Shown piece after piece: positions 1 through 12,462 of a stretch of 64,000 nt of DNA; the stretch's first letter is position 1, and every line of letters starts with the position of its first letter. The notes under the pieces were generated by a model. It saw nothing but the letters and a program-made list of their open reading frames with translations. It was not told the DNA's origin and did not search any database. Source of the stretch: the human T2T-CHM13v2.0 reference genome, Homo sapiens; the NCBI RefSeq assembly GCF_009914755.1, contig NC_060934.1; one strand, given 5' to 3'. The position numbers and the translations under genes are program-made.

Positions 1-180
1 ATTTGACGCCAATCTTAGACATGGAAATATCTTCATATTAAAAGTACACAGAGTCATTCGTAGAAACTAGTTTGTGATGTGTGCCTTCAACTCACAGAGT
101 TTAACCTTTCTTTTCATAGAGCAGTTTGGAAACACTCTATTTGTAAAGTCTGCAAGTGGATATTTGGACCTCTTTGAGGC

Positions 181-197
181 CTTCGTTGGAAACGGGA
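181..197 (+). promoter_or_regulatory. CENP-B box (first of about 188 box positions, one per dimer across the window)
   Basis: CTTCGTTGGAAACGGGA is the canonical 17-bp CENP-B box. Next copies are at 521, 861, 1200, 1538 and 1878. The count follows from 3 per 6-mer and 4 per 8-mer plus flanks. Confidence 0.97.
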
Positions 198-349
198 TTT
201 CTTCATACAACGCTAGACAGAAGTATTCTCAGTAACTTCTTTGTGTTGTGTGTATTCAACTCACAGAGTTGAACCTTTCTTTAGAGAGAGCAGAGTTGAA
301 ACACTCTGTTTTTGGAATTTGCAACTGCAGATTTCAAGCCATTCTAGGC

Positions 350-366
350 CTATGGCAGAAAAGGAA
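350..366 (+). promoter_or_regulatory. pJ-alpha-like A-box of A-type monomer (CTATGGCAGAAAAGGAA), once per HOR in dimer A
   Basis: Lies at the position homologous to the CENP-B box in the alternate monomer (about 170 bp from the boxes at 181 and 521) and resembles the A-type box consensus. The equivalent sites in dimers B, C and D are more degenerate. Confidence 0.55.
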
Positions 367-580
367 ATATCTTCGTATAAAAACTACACAGAATCATTCT
401 CAACAACTACTTTGTGATGTGTGCGTTCAACTCACAGAGTTTAACCTTTCTTTTCATAGAGCAGTTTGGAAACACTCTGTTTGTAAAGCCTGCAAGTGCT
501 TTTTTGGACTTCATTGAGGCCTTCGTTGGAAACGGGATTTCTTCATATAATGCTAGACAGAAGAATTCTCAGTCACTTCT

Positions 581-3500
581 TTGTGTTGTGTGTATTCAAG
601 TCACAGAGTTGAACCTTCCTTTAGACAGAGCAGTTTTGAAAAATTCTTTCTGTGTAATTTGCAAGTGGAGATTTCAAGCGATTTGAGGCTAATCTTTGAA
701 ATGGAAATATCTTCGTGTAAAAACTACACAGAATCATTCTCAGAAACTGCTTTGTCATCTGTGCGTTCAGTTCACAGAGTTTCACCTTTCTCTTCATAGA
801 GCAGTTTGGAAAGACTCTGTCTGTAAAGTCTGCAAGTGATTAGTTAGACCCCTTTGAGGCCTTCGTTGGAAGCGGGATTTCTCATTTACTGCTAGACAGA
901 AGAATTCTCAGTAAATCCTTTGTGTTGTGTGTATTCAACTCACAGAGTGGAACCTTCCTTTATTCAGAGCAGTTTTGAAAAACACTTTTTGTGGAATTTG
1001 CAAGTGGAGATTTCAAGCGATTTGACGCCAATCTTAGACATGGAAATATCTTCATATTAAAAGTACACAGAGTCATTCGTAGAAACTAGTTTGTGATGTG
1101 TGCCTTCAACTCACAGAGTTTAACCTTTCTTTTCATAGAGCAGTTGGGAAACACTCTATTTGTAAAGTCTGCAAGTGGATATTTGGACCTCTTTGAGGCC
1201 TTCGTTGGAAACGGAATTTCTTCATATAACGCTAGACAGAAGAATTCTCAGTAACTTCTTTGTGTTGTGTGTATTCAACTCACAGAGTTGAACCTTTCTT
1301 TAGAGGGAGCAGAGGTGAAACACTCTTTTTGTGGAATTTGCTAGTGTAGATTTCAAACGCTTCGAAGACAGTGATAGAAAAGGATATATCTTCGTATTAA
1401 AAGTAGACAAAATCATTCTCAGAAAACTCTTTGTGATGTGTGTGTTCAACTCACAGAGTTTAACCTTTCTTTAATCGAGCAGTTTGGAAATACACTCTTT
1501 GTAAGTCTGCAGGTGGATATTTGGTCCTCTTTGAGCCCTTCGTTGGAAACGGGATTTCCTCATATAATGCTAGACAGAAGAATTCTCAGTAACTTCTTTG
1601 TGTTGTTTGTATTCAACACACAGATTTGAACCTTCCTTTAGAGAGAGCAGATTTGAAACACTCTGTTTTTGGAATTTGCAAGTGCAGATTTCAAGCGCTT
1701 CTAGGCCTATGGCAGAAAAGGAAATATCTTCGTATAAAAACTACACAGAATCATTCTCAACAACTACTTTGTGATGTGTGCGTTCAACTCACAGAGTTTA
1801 ACCTTTCTTTTCATAGAGCAGTTTGGAAACACTCTGTTTGTAAAGCCTGCAAGTGCTTTTTTGGACTTCATTGAGGCCTTCGTTGGAAACGGGATTTCTT
1901 CATATAATGCTAGACAGAAGAATTCTCAGTCACTTCTTTGTGTTGTGTGTATTCAAGTCACAGAGTTGAGCCTTCCTTTAGACAGAGCAGTTTTGAAAAA
2001 TTCTTTCTGTGGAGTTTGCAAGTGGAGATTTCAAGCGATTTGAGGCTAATCTTTGAAATGGAAATATCTTCGTGTAAAAACTACACAGAATCATTCTCAG
2101 AAACTGCTTTGTCATCTGTGCGTTCAGTTCACAGAGTTTCACCTTTCTCTTCATAGAGCAGTTTGGAAAGACTCTGTCTGTAAAGTCTGCAAGTGATTAG
2201 TTAGACCCCTTTGAGGCCTTCGTTGGAAGCGGGATTTCTCATTTACTGCTAGACAGAAGAATTCTCAGTAAATCCTTTGTGTTGTGTGTATTCAACTCAC
2301 AGAGTGGAACCTTCCTTTATTCAGAGCAGTTTTGAAACACTCTTTTTGTGGAATTTGCAAGTGGAGATTTCAAGCGATTTGACGCCAATCTTAGACATGG
2401 AAATATCTTCATATTAAAAGTACACAGAGTCATTCGTAGAAACTAGTTTGTGATGTGTGCCTTCAACTCACAGAGTTTAACCTTTCTTTTCATAGAGCAG
2501 TTTGGAAACACTCTATTTGTAAAGTCTGCAAGTGGATATTTGGACCTCTTTGAGGCCTTCGTTGGAAACGGGATTTCTTCATATAACGCTAGACAGAAGA
2601 ATTCTCAGTAACTTCTTTGTGTTGTGTGTATTCAACTCACAGAGTTGAACCTTTCTTTAGAGGGAGCAGAGGTGAAACACTCTTTTTGTGGAATTTGCTA
2701 GTGTAGATTTCAAACGCTTCGAAGACAGTGATAGAAAAGGATATATCTTCGTATTAAAAGTAGACAAAATCATTCTCAGAAAACTCTTTGTGATGTGTGT
2801 GTTCAACTCCCAGAGTTTAACCTTTCTTTAATCGAGCAGTTTGGAAATACACTCTTTGTAAGTCTGCAGGTGGATATTTGGCCCTCTTTAAGCCCTTCGT
2901 TGGAAACGGGATTTCCTCATATAATGCTAGACAGAAGAATTCTCAGTAACTTCTTTGTGTTGTTTGTATTCAACACACAGATTTGAACCTTCCTTTAGAG
3001 AGAGCAGATTTGAAACACTCTGTTTTTGGAATTTGCAAGTGCAGATTTCAAGCGCTTCTAGGCCTATGGCAGAAAAGGAAATATCTTCGTATAAAAACTA
3101 CACAGAATCATTCTCAACAACTACTTTGTGATGTGTGCGTTCAACTCACAGAGTTTAACCTTTCTTTTCATAGAGCAGTTTGGAAACACTCTGTTTGTAA
3201 AGCCTGCAAGTGCTTTTTTGGACTTCATTGAGGCCTTCGTTGGAAACGGGATTTCTTCATATAATGCTAGACAGAAGAATTCTCAGTCACTTCTTTGTGT
3301 TGTGTGTATTCAAGTCACAGAGTTGAACCTTCCTTTAGACAGAGCAGTTTTGAAAAATTCTTTCTGTGGAGTTTGCAAGTGGAGATTTCAAGCGATTTGA
3401 GGCTAATCTTTGAAATGGAAATATCTTCGTGTAAAAACTACACAGAATCATTCTCAGAAACTGCTTTGTCATCTGTGCGTTCAGTTCACAGAGTTTCACC

Positions 3501-4651
3501 TTTCTCTTCATAGAGCAGTTTGGAAAGACTCTGTCTGTAAAGTCTGCAAGTGATTAGTTAGACCCCTTTGAGGCCTTCGTTGGAAGCGGGATTTCTCATT
3601 TACTGCTAGACAGAAGAATTCTCAGTAAATCCTTTGTGTTGTGTGTATTCAACTCACAGAGTGGAACCTTCCTTTATTCAGAGCAGTTTTGAAAAACACT
3701 TTTTGTGGAATTTGCAAGTGGAGATTTCAAGCGATTTGACGCCAATCTTAGACATGGAAATATCTTCATATTAAAAGTACACAGAGTCATTCGTAGAAAC
3801 TAGTTTGTGATGTGTGCCTTCAACTCACAGAGTTTAACCTTTCTTTTCATAGAGCAGTTTGGAAACACTCTATTTGTAAAGTCTGCAAGTGGATATTTGG
3901 ACCTCTTTGAGGCCTTCGTTGGAAACGGGATTTCTTCATATAACGCTAGACAGAAGAATTCTCAGTAACTTCTTTGTGTTGTGTGTATTCAACTCACAGA
4001 GTTGAACCTTTCTTTAGAGGGAGCAGAGGTGAAACACTCTTTTTGTGGAATTTGCTAGTGTAGATTTCAAACGCTTCGAAGACAGTGATAGAAAAGGATA
4101 TATCTTCGTATTAAAAGTAGACAAAATCATTCTCAGAAAACTCTTTGTGATGTGTGTGTTCAACTCACAGAGTTTAACCTTTCTTTAATCGAGCAGTTTG
4201 GAAATACACTCTTTGTAAGTCTGCAGGTGGATATTTGGCCCTCTTTGAGCCCTTCGTTGGAAACGGGATTTCCTCATATAATGCTAGACAGAAGAATTCT
4301 CAGTAACTTCTTTGTGTTGTTTGTATTCAACACACAGATTTGAACCTTCCTTTAGAGAGAGCAGATTTGAAACACTCTGTTTTTGGAATTTGCAAGTGCA
4401 GATTTCAAGCGCTTCTAGGCCTATGGCAGAAAAGGAAATATCTTCGTATAAAAACTACACAGAATCATTCTCAACAACTACTTTGTGATGTGTGCGTTCA
4501 ACTCACAGAGTTTAACCTTTCTTTTCATAGAGCAGTTTGGAAACACTCTGTTTGTAAAGCCTGCAAGTGCTTTTTTGGACTTCATTGAGGCCTTCGTTGG
4601 AAACGGGATTTCTTCATATAATGCTAGACAGAAGAATTCTCAGTCACTTCT
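581..4651 (+). repeat. Run of three consecutive canonical 8-mer HORs (3 x 1357 bp)
   Basis: Anchor starts 581, 1938, 3295, 4652 are each 1357 bp apart, and each unit contains the D dimer (gctagtgtag...ttaatcgagc). Confidence 0.95.
861..877 (+). promoter_or_regulatory. CENP-B box, dimer-B variant CTTCGTTGGAAGCGGGA (once per HOR)
   Basis: Differs only at position 12, outside the 9 core bases NTTCGNNNNANNCGGGN, so it is predicted to bind. Confidence 0.92.
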
Positions 4652-5670
4652 TTGTGTTGTGTGTATTCAAGTCACAGAGTTGAACCTTCCTTTAGACAGA
4701 GCAGTTTTGAAAAATTCTTTCTGTGGAGTTTGCAAGTGGAGATTTCAAGCGATTTGAGGCTAATCTTTGAAATGGAAATATCTTCGTGTAAAAACTACAC
4801 AGAATCATTCTCAGAAACTGCTTTGTCATCTGTGCGTTCAGTTCACAGAGTTTCACCTTTCTCTTCATAGAGCAGTTTGGAAAGACTCTGTCTGTAAAGT
4901 CTGCAAGTGATTAGTTAGACCCCTTTGAGGCCTTCGTTGGAAGCGGGATTTCTCATTTACTGCTAGACAGAAGAATTCTCAGTAAATCCTTTGTGTTGTG
5001 TGTATTCAACTCACAGAGTGGAACCTTCCTTTATTCAGAGCAGTTTTGAAAAACACTTTTTGTGGAATTTGCAAGTGGAGATTTCAAGCGATTTGACGCC
5101 AATCTTAGACATGGAAATATCTTCATATTAAAAGTACACAGAGTCATTCGTAGAAACTAGTTTGTGATGTGTGCCTTCAACTCACAGAGTTTAACCTTTC
5201 TTTTCATAGAGCAGTTTGGAAACACTCTATTTGTAAAGTCTGCAAGTGGATATTTGGACCTCTTTGAGGCCTTCGTTGGAAACGGGATTTCTTCATACAA
5301 CGCTAGACAGAAGAATTCTCAGTAACTTCTTTGTGTTGTGTGTATTCAACTCACAGAGTTGAACCTTTCTTTAGAGAGAGCAGAGTTGAAACACTCTGTT
5401 TTTGGAATTTGCAACTGCAGATTTCAAGCGATTCTAGGCCTATGGCAGAAAAGGAAATATCTTCGTATAAAAACTACACAGAATCATTCTCAACAACTAC
5501 TTTGTGATGTGTGCGTTCAACTCACAGAGTTTAACCTTTCTTTTCATAGACCAGTTTGGAAACACTCTGTTTGTAAAGCCTGCAAGTGCTTTTTTGGACT
5601 TCATTGAGGCCTTCGTTGGAAACGGGATTTCTTCATATAATGCTAGACAGAAGAATTCTCAGTCACTTCT
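4652..5670 (+). repeat. Example 6-mer HOR variant (1019 bp; A'BC, lacking one dimer); 25 six-mers in the window including one atypical copy
   Basis: Anchor spacing is 1019 bp and the D-dimer markers are absent. The junction monomer reads ctcacagagttgaacctttctttagag (D-like) followed by agagcagagttgaaacactctgtttttgg (A-like). Confidence 0.95.
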
Positions 5671-7029
5671 TTGTGTTGTGTGTATTCAAGTCACAGAGTT
5701 GAACCTTCCTTTAGACAGAGCAATTTTGAAAAATTCTTTCTGTGTAATTTGCAAGTGGAGATTTCAAGCGATTTGAGGCTAATCTTTGAAATGGAAATAT
5801 CTTCGTGTAAAAACTACACAGAATCGTTCTCAGAAACTGCTTTGTCATCTGTGCGTTCAGTTCACAGAGTTTCACCTTTCTCTTCATAGAGCAGTTTGGA
5901 AAGACTCTGTCTGTAAAGTCTGCAAGTGATTAGTTAGACCCCTTTGAGGCCTTCGTTGGAAGCGGGATTTCTCATTTACTGCTAGACAGAAGAATTCTCA
6001 GTAAATCCTTTGTGTTGTGTGTATTCAACTCACAGAGTGGAACCTTCCTTTATTCAGAGCAGTTTTGAAACACTCTTTTTGTGGAATTTGCAAGTGGAGA
6101 TTTCAAGAGATTTGACGCCAATCTTAGACATGGAAATATCTTCATATTAAAAGTACACAGAGTCATTCGTAGAAACTAGTTTGTGATGTGTGCCTTCAAC
6201 TCACAGAGTTTAACCTTTCTTTTCATAGAGCAGTTGGGAAACACTCTATTTGTAAAGTCTGCAAGTGGATATTTGGACCTCTTTGAGGCCTTCGTTGGAA
6301 ACGGGATTTCTTCATATAACGCTAGACAGAAGAATTCTCAGTAACTTCTTTGTGTTGTGTGTATTCAACTCACAGAGTTGAACCTTTCTTTAGAGGGAGC
6401 AGAGGTGAAACACTCTTTTTGTGGAATTTGCTAGTGTAGATTTCAAACGCTTCGAAGACAGTGATAGAAAAGGATATATCTTCGTATTAAAAGTAGACAA
6501 AATCATTCTCAGAAAACTCTTTGTGATGTGTGTGTTCAACTCACAGAGTTTAACCTTTCTTTTCATAGAGCAGTTTGGAAACACTCTGTTTGTAAAGCCT
6601 GCAAGTGCTTTTTTGGACTTCATTGAGGCCTTCGTTGGAAACGGGATTTCTTCATACAACGCTAGACAGAAGAATTCTCAGTAACTTCTTTGTGTTGTGT
6701 GTATTCAACTCACAGAGTTGAACCTTTCTTTAGAGAGAGCAGAGTTGAAACACTCTGTTTTTGGAATTTGCAACTGCAGATTTCAAGCGATTCTAGGCCT
6801 ATGGCAGAAAAGGAAATATCTTCGTATAAAAACTACACAGAATCATTCTCAACAACTACTTTGTGATGTGTGCGTTCAACTCACAGAGTTTAACCTTTCT
6901 TTTCATAGAGCAGTTTGGAAACACTCTGTTTGTAAAGCCTGCAAGTGCTTTTTTGGACTTCATTGAGGCCTTCGTTGGAAACGGGATTTCTTCATATAAT
7001 GCTAGACAGAAGAATTCTCAGTCACTTCT
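5671..7029 (+). repeat. Chimeric 8-mer HOR (1359 bp), copy 1
   Basis: The second D monomer switches to the second A monomer (..tgtgtgttcaactcacagagtttaacctttct|tttcatagagc..gcctgcaagtgc), then continues into a 6-mer-type A' dimer. Marked by the 6421..6684 pseudo-ORF. Confidence 0.9.
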
Positions 7030-10000
7030 TTGTGTTGTGTGTATTCAAGTCACAGAGTTGAACCTTCCTTTAGACAGAGCAGTATTGAAAAATTCTTTCT
7101 GTGGAGTTTGCAAGTGGAGATTTCAAGCGATTTGAGGCTAATCTTTGAAATGGAAATATCTTCGTATAAAAACTACACAGAATCATTCTCAGAAACTGCT
7201 TTGTCATCTGTGCGTTCAGTTCACAGAGTTTCACCTTTCTCTTCATAGAGCAGTTTGGAAAGACTCTGTCTGTAAAGTCTGCAAGTGATTAGTTAGACCC
7301 CTTTGAGGCCTTCGTTGGAAGCGGGATTTCTCATTTACTGCTAGACAGAAGAATTCTCAGTAAATCCTTTGTGTTGTGTGTATTCAACTCACAGAGTGGA
7401 ACCTTCCTTTATTCAGAGCAGTTTTGAAAAACACTTTTTGTGGAATTTGCAAGTGGAGATTTCAAGCGATTTGACGCCAATCTTAGACATGGAAATATCT
7501 TCATATTAAAAGTACACAGAGTCATTCGTAGAAACTAGTTTGTGATGTGTGCCTTCAACTCACAGAGTTTAACCTTTCTTTTCATAGAGCAGTTTGGAAA
7601 CACTCTATTTGTAAAGTCTGCAAGTGGATATTTGGACCTCTTTGAGGCCTTCGTTGGAAACGGGATTTCTTCATACAACGCTAGACAGAAGAATTCTCAG
7701 TAACTTCTTTGTGTTGTGTGTATTCAACTCACAGAGTTGAACCTTTCTTTAGAGAGAGCAGAGTTGAAACACTCTGTTTTTGGAATTTGCAACTGCAGAT
7801 TTCAAGCGATTCTAGGCCTATGGCAGAAAAGGAAATATCTTCGTATAAAAACTACACAGAATCATTCTCAACAACTACTTTGTGATGTGTGCGTTCAACT
7901 CACAGAGTTTAACCTTTCTTTTCATAGAGCAGTTTGGAAACACTCTGTTTGTAAAGCCTGCAAGTGCTTTTTTGGACTTCATTGAGGCCTTCGTTGGAAA
8001 CGGGATTTCTTCATATAATGCTAGACAGAAGAATTCTCAGTCACTTCTTTGTGTTGTGTGTATTCAAGTCACAGAGTTGAACCTTCCTTTAGACAGAGCA
8101 GTTTTGAAAAATTCTTTCTGTGTAATTTGCAAGTGGAGATTTCAAGCGATTTGAGGCTAATCTTTGAAATGGAAATATCTTCGTGTAAAAACTACACAGA
8201 ATCATTCTCAGAAACTGCTTTGTCATCTGTGCGTTCAGTTCACAGAGTTTCACCTTTCTCTTCATAGAGCAGTTTGGAAAGACTCTGTCTGTAAAGTCTG
8301 CAAGTGATTAGTTAGACCCCTTTGAGGCCTTCGTTGGAAGCGGGATTTCTCATTTACTGCTAGACAGAAGAATTCTCAGTAAATCCTTTGTGTTGTGTGT
8401 ATTCAACTCACAGAGTGGAACCTTCCTTTATTCAGAGCAGTTTTGAAAAACACTTTTTGTGGAATTTGCAAGTGGAGATTTCAAGCGATTTGACGCCAAT
8501 CTTAGACATGGAAATATCTTCATATTAAAAGTACACAGAGTCATTCGTAGAAACTAGTTTGTGATGTGTGCCTTCAACTCACAGAGTTTAACCTTTCTTT
8601 TCATAGAGCAGTTTGGAAACACTCTATTTGTAAAGTCTGCAAGTGGATATTTGGACCTCTTTGAGGCCTTCGTTGGAAACGGGATTTCTTCATACAACGC
8701 TAGACAGAAGAATTCTCAGTAACTTCTTTGTGTTGTGTGTATTCAACTCACAGAGTTGAACCTTTCTTTAGAGAGAGCAGAGTTGAAACACTCTGTTTTT
8801 GGAATTTGCAACTGCAGATTTCAAGCGATTCTAGGCCTATGGCAGAAAAGGAAATATCTTCGTATAAAAACTACACAGAATCATTCTCAACAACTACTTT
8901 GTGATGTGTGCGTTCAACTCACAGAGTTTAACCTTTCTTTTCATAGAGCAGTTTGGAAACACTCTGTTTGTAAAGCCTGCAAGTGCTTTTTTGGACTTCA
9001 TTGAGGCCTTCGTTGGAAACGGGATTTCTTCATATAATGCTAGACAGAAGAATTCTCAGTCACTTCTTTGTGTTGTGTGTATTCAAGTCACAGAGTTGAA
9101 CCTTCCTTTAGACAGAGCAGTTTTGAAAAATTCTTTCTGTGTATTTTGCAAGTGGAGATTTCAAGCGATTTGAGGCTAATCTTTGAAATGGAAATATCTT
9201 CGTGTAAAAACTACACAGAATCATTCTCAGAAACTGCTTTGTCATCTGTGCGTTCAGTTCACAGAGTTTCACCTTTCTCTTCATAGAGCAGTTTGGAAAG
9301 ACTCTGTCTGTAAAGTCTGCAAGTGATTAGTTAGACCCCTTTGAGGCCTTCGTTGGAAGCGGGATTTCTCATTTACTGCTAGACAGAAGAATTCTCAGTA
9401 AATCCTTTGTGTTGTGTGTATTCAACTCACAGAGTGGAACCTTCCTTTATTCAGAGCACTTTTGAAACACTCTTTTTGTGGAATTTGCAAGTGGAGATTT
9501 CAAGCGATTTGACGCCAATCTTAGACATGGAAATGTCTTCATATTAAAAGTACACAGAGTCATTCGTAGAAACTAGTTTGTGATGTGTGCCTTCAACTCA
9601 CAGAGTTTAACCTTTCTTTTCATAGAGCAGTTGGGAAACACTCTATTTGTAAAGTCTGCAAGTGGATATTTGGACCTCTTTGAGGCCTTCGTTGGAAACG
9701 GGATTTCTTCATATAACGCTAGACAGAAGAATTCTCAGTAACTTCTTTGTGTTGTGTGTATTCAACTCACAGAGTTGAACCTTTCTTTAGAGGGAGCAGA
9801 GGTGAAACACTCTTTTTGTGGAATTTGCTAGTGTAGATTTCAAACGCTTCGAAGACAGTGATAGAAAAGGATATATCTTCGTATTAAAAGTAGACAAAAT
9901 CATTCTCAGAAAACTCTTTGTGATGTGTGTGTTCAACTCACAGAGTTTAACCTTTCTTTAATCGAGCAGTTTGGAAATACACTCTTTGTAAGTCTGCAGG

Positions 10001-12462
10001 TGGATATTTGGCCCTCTTTGAGCCCTTCGTAGGAAACGGGATTTCCTCATATAATGCTAGACAGAAGAATTCTCAGTAACTTCTTTGTGTTGTTTGTATT
10101 CAACACACAGATTTGAACCTTCCTTTAGAGAGAGCAGATTTGAAACACTCTGTTTTTGGAATTTGCAAGTGCAGATTTCAAGCGCTTCTAGGCCTATGGC
10201 AGAAAAGGAAATATCTTCGTATAAAAACTACACAGAATCATTCTCAACAACTACTTTGTGATGTGTGCGTTCAACTCACAGAGTTTAACCTTTCTTTTCA
10301 TAGAGCAGTTTGGAAACACTCTGTTTGTAAAGCCTGCAAGTGCTTTTTTGGACTTCATTGAGGCCTTCGTTGGAAACGGGATTTCTTCATATAATGCTAG
10401 ACAGAAGAATTCTCAGTCACTTCTTTGTGTTGTGTGTATTCAAGTCACAGAGTTGAGCCTTCCTTTAGACAGAGCAGTTTTGAAAAATTCTTTCTGTGGA
10501 GTTTGCAAGTGGAGATTTCAAGCGATTTGAGGCTAATCTTTGAAATGGAAATATCTTCGTGTAAAAACTACACAGAATCATTCTCAGAAACTGCTTTGTC
10601 ATCTGTGCGTTCAGTTCACAGAGTTTCACCTTTCTCTTCATAGAGCAGTTTGGAAAGACTCTGTCTGTAAAGTCTGCAAGTGATTAGTTAGACCCCTTTG
10701 AGGCCTTCGTTGGAAGCGGGATTTCTCATTTACTGCTAGACAGAAGAATTCTCAGTAAATCCTTTGTGTTGTGTGTATTCAACACACAGAGTGGAACCTT
10801 CCTTTATTCAGAGCAGTTTTGAAAAACACTTTTTGTGGAATTTGCAAGTGGAGATTTCAAGCGATTTGACGCCAATCTTAGACATGGAAATATCTTCATA
10901 TTAAAAGTACACAGAGTCATTCGTAGAAACTAGTTTGTGATGTGTGCCTTCAACTCACAGAGTTTAACCTTTCTTTTCATAGAGCAGTTTGGAAACACTC
11001 TATTTGTAAAGTCTGCAAGTGGATATTTGGACCTCTTTGAGGCCTTCGTTGGAAACGGGATTTCTTCATACAACGCTAGACAGAAGAATTCTCAGTAACT
11101 TCTTTGTGTTGTGTGTATTCAACTCACAGAGTTGAACCTTTCTTTAGAGAGAGCAGAGTTGAAACACTCTGTTTTTGGAATTTGCAAGTGCAGATTTCAA
11201 GCGATTCTAGGCCTATGGCAGAAAAGGAAATATCTTCGTATAAAAACTACACAGAATCATTCTCAACAACTACTTTGTGATGTGTGCGTTCAACTCACAG
11301 AGTTTAACCTTTCTTTTCATAGAGCAGTTTGGAAACACTGTGTTTGTAAAGCCTGCAAGTGCTTTTTTGGACTTCATTGAGGCCTTCGTTGGAAACGGGA
11401 TTTCTTCATATAATGCTAGACAGAAGAATTCTCAGTCACTTCTTTGTGTTGTGTGTATTCAAGTCACAGAGTTGAACCTTCCTTTAGACAGAGCAGTATT
11501 GAAAAATTCTTTCTGTGGAGTTTGCAAGTGGAGATTTCAAGCGATTTGAGGCTAATCTTTGAAATGGAAATATCTTCGTGTAAAAACTACACAGAATCAT
11601 TCTCAGAAACTGCTTTGTCATCTGTGCGTTCAGTTCACAGAGTTTCACCTTTCTCTTCATAGAGCAGTTTGGAAAGACTCTGTCTGTAAAGTCTGCAAGT
11701 GATTAGTTAGACCCCTTTGAGGCCTTCGTTGGAAGCGGGATTTCTCATTTACTGCTAGACAGAAGAATTCTCAGTAAATCCTTTGTGTTGTGTGTATTCA
11801 ACTCACAGAGTGGAACCTTCCTTTATTCAGAGCAGTTTTGAAAAACACTTTTTGTGGAATTTGCAAGTGGAGATTTCAAGCGATTTGACGCCAATCTTAG
11901 ACATGGAAATATCTTCATATTAAAAGTACACAGAGTCATTCGTAGAAACTAGTTTGTGATGTGTGCCTTCAACTCACAGAGTTTAACCTTTCTTTTCATA
12001 GAGCAGTTTGGAAACACTCTATTTGTAAAGTCTGCAAGTGGATATTTGGACCTCTTTGAGGCCTTCGTTGGAAACGGGATTTCTTCATACAACGCTAGAC
12101 AGAAGAATTCTCAGTAACTTCTTTGTGTTGTGTGTATTCAACTCACAGAGTTGAACCTTTCTTTAGAGAGAGCAGAGTTGAAACACTCTGTTTTTGGAAT
12201 TTGCAACTGCAGATTTCAAGCGATTCTAGGCCTATGGCAGAAAAGGAAATATCTTCGTATAAAAACTACACAGAATCATTCTCAACAACTACTTTGTGAT
12301 GTGTGCGTTCAACTCACAGAGTTTAACCTTTCTTTTCATAGAGCAGTTTGGAAACACTCTGTTTGTAAAGCCTGCAAGTGCTTTTTTGGACTTCATTGAG
12401 GCCTTCGTTGGAAACGGGATTTCTTCATATAATGCTAGACAGAAGAATTCTCAGTCACTTCT

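Noticed and set aside
975-992. gaaaaacacttttt versus gaaacactcttttt looked like a compensating +2/-2 indel that preserves monomer length
   Set aside because: It is explained more simply by two substitutions in an ungapped alignment.
6390-6684. Rare ORF pair (minus-strand MYEEIPF..., plus-strand MEFASVDF...) appearing at five loci
   Set aside because: These frames open only because the D2/A2 chimeric monomer removes stop codons. They mark the structural variant and are not genes.
10025-10041. CENP-B box variant CTTCGTAGGAAACGGGA (also 13420-13436) as an inactivated box
   Set aside because: The change is at position 7, outside the nine core bases, so it is predicted to remain functional. Used only as a duplication marker.
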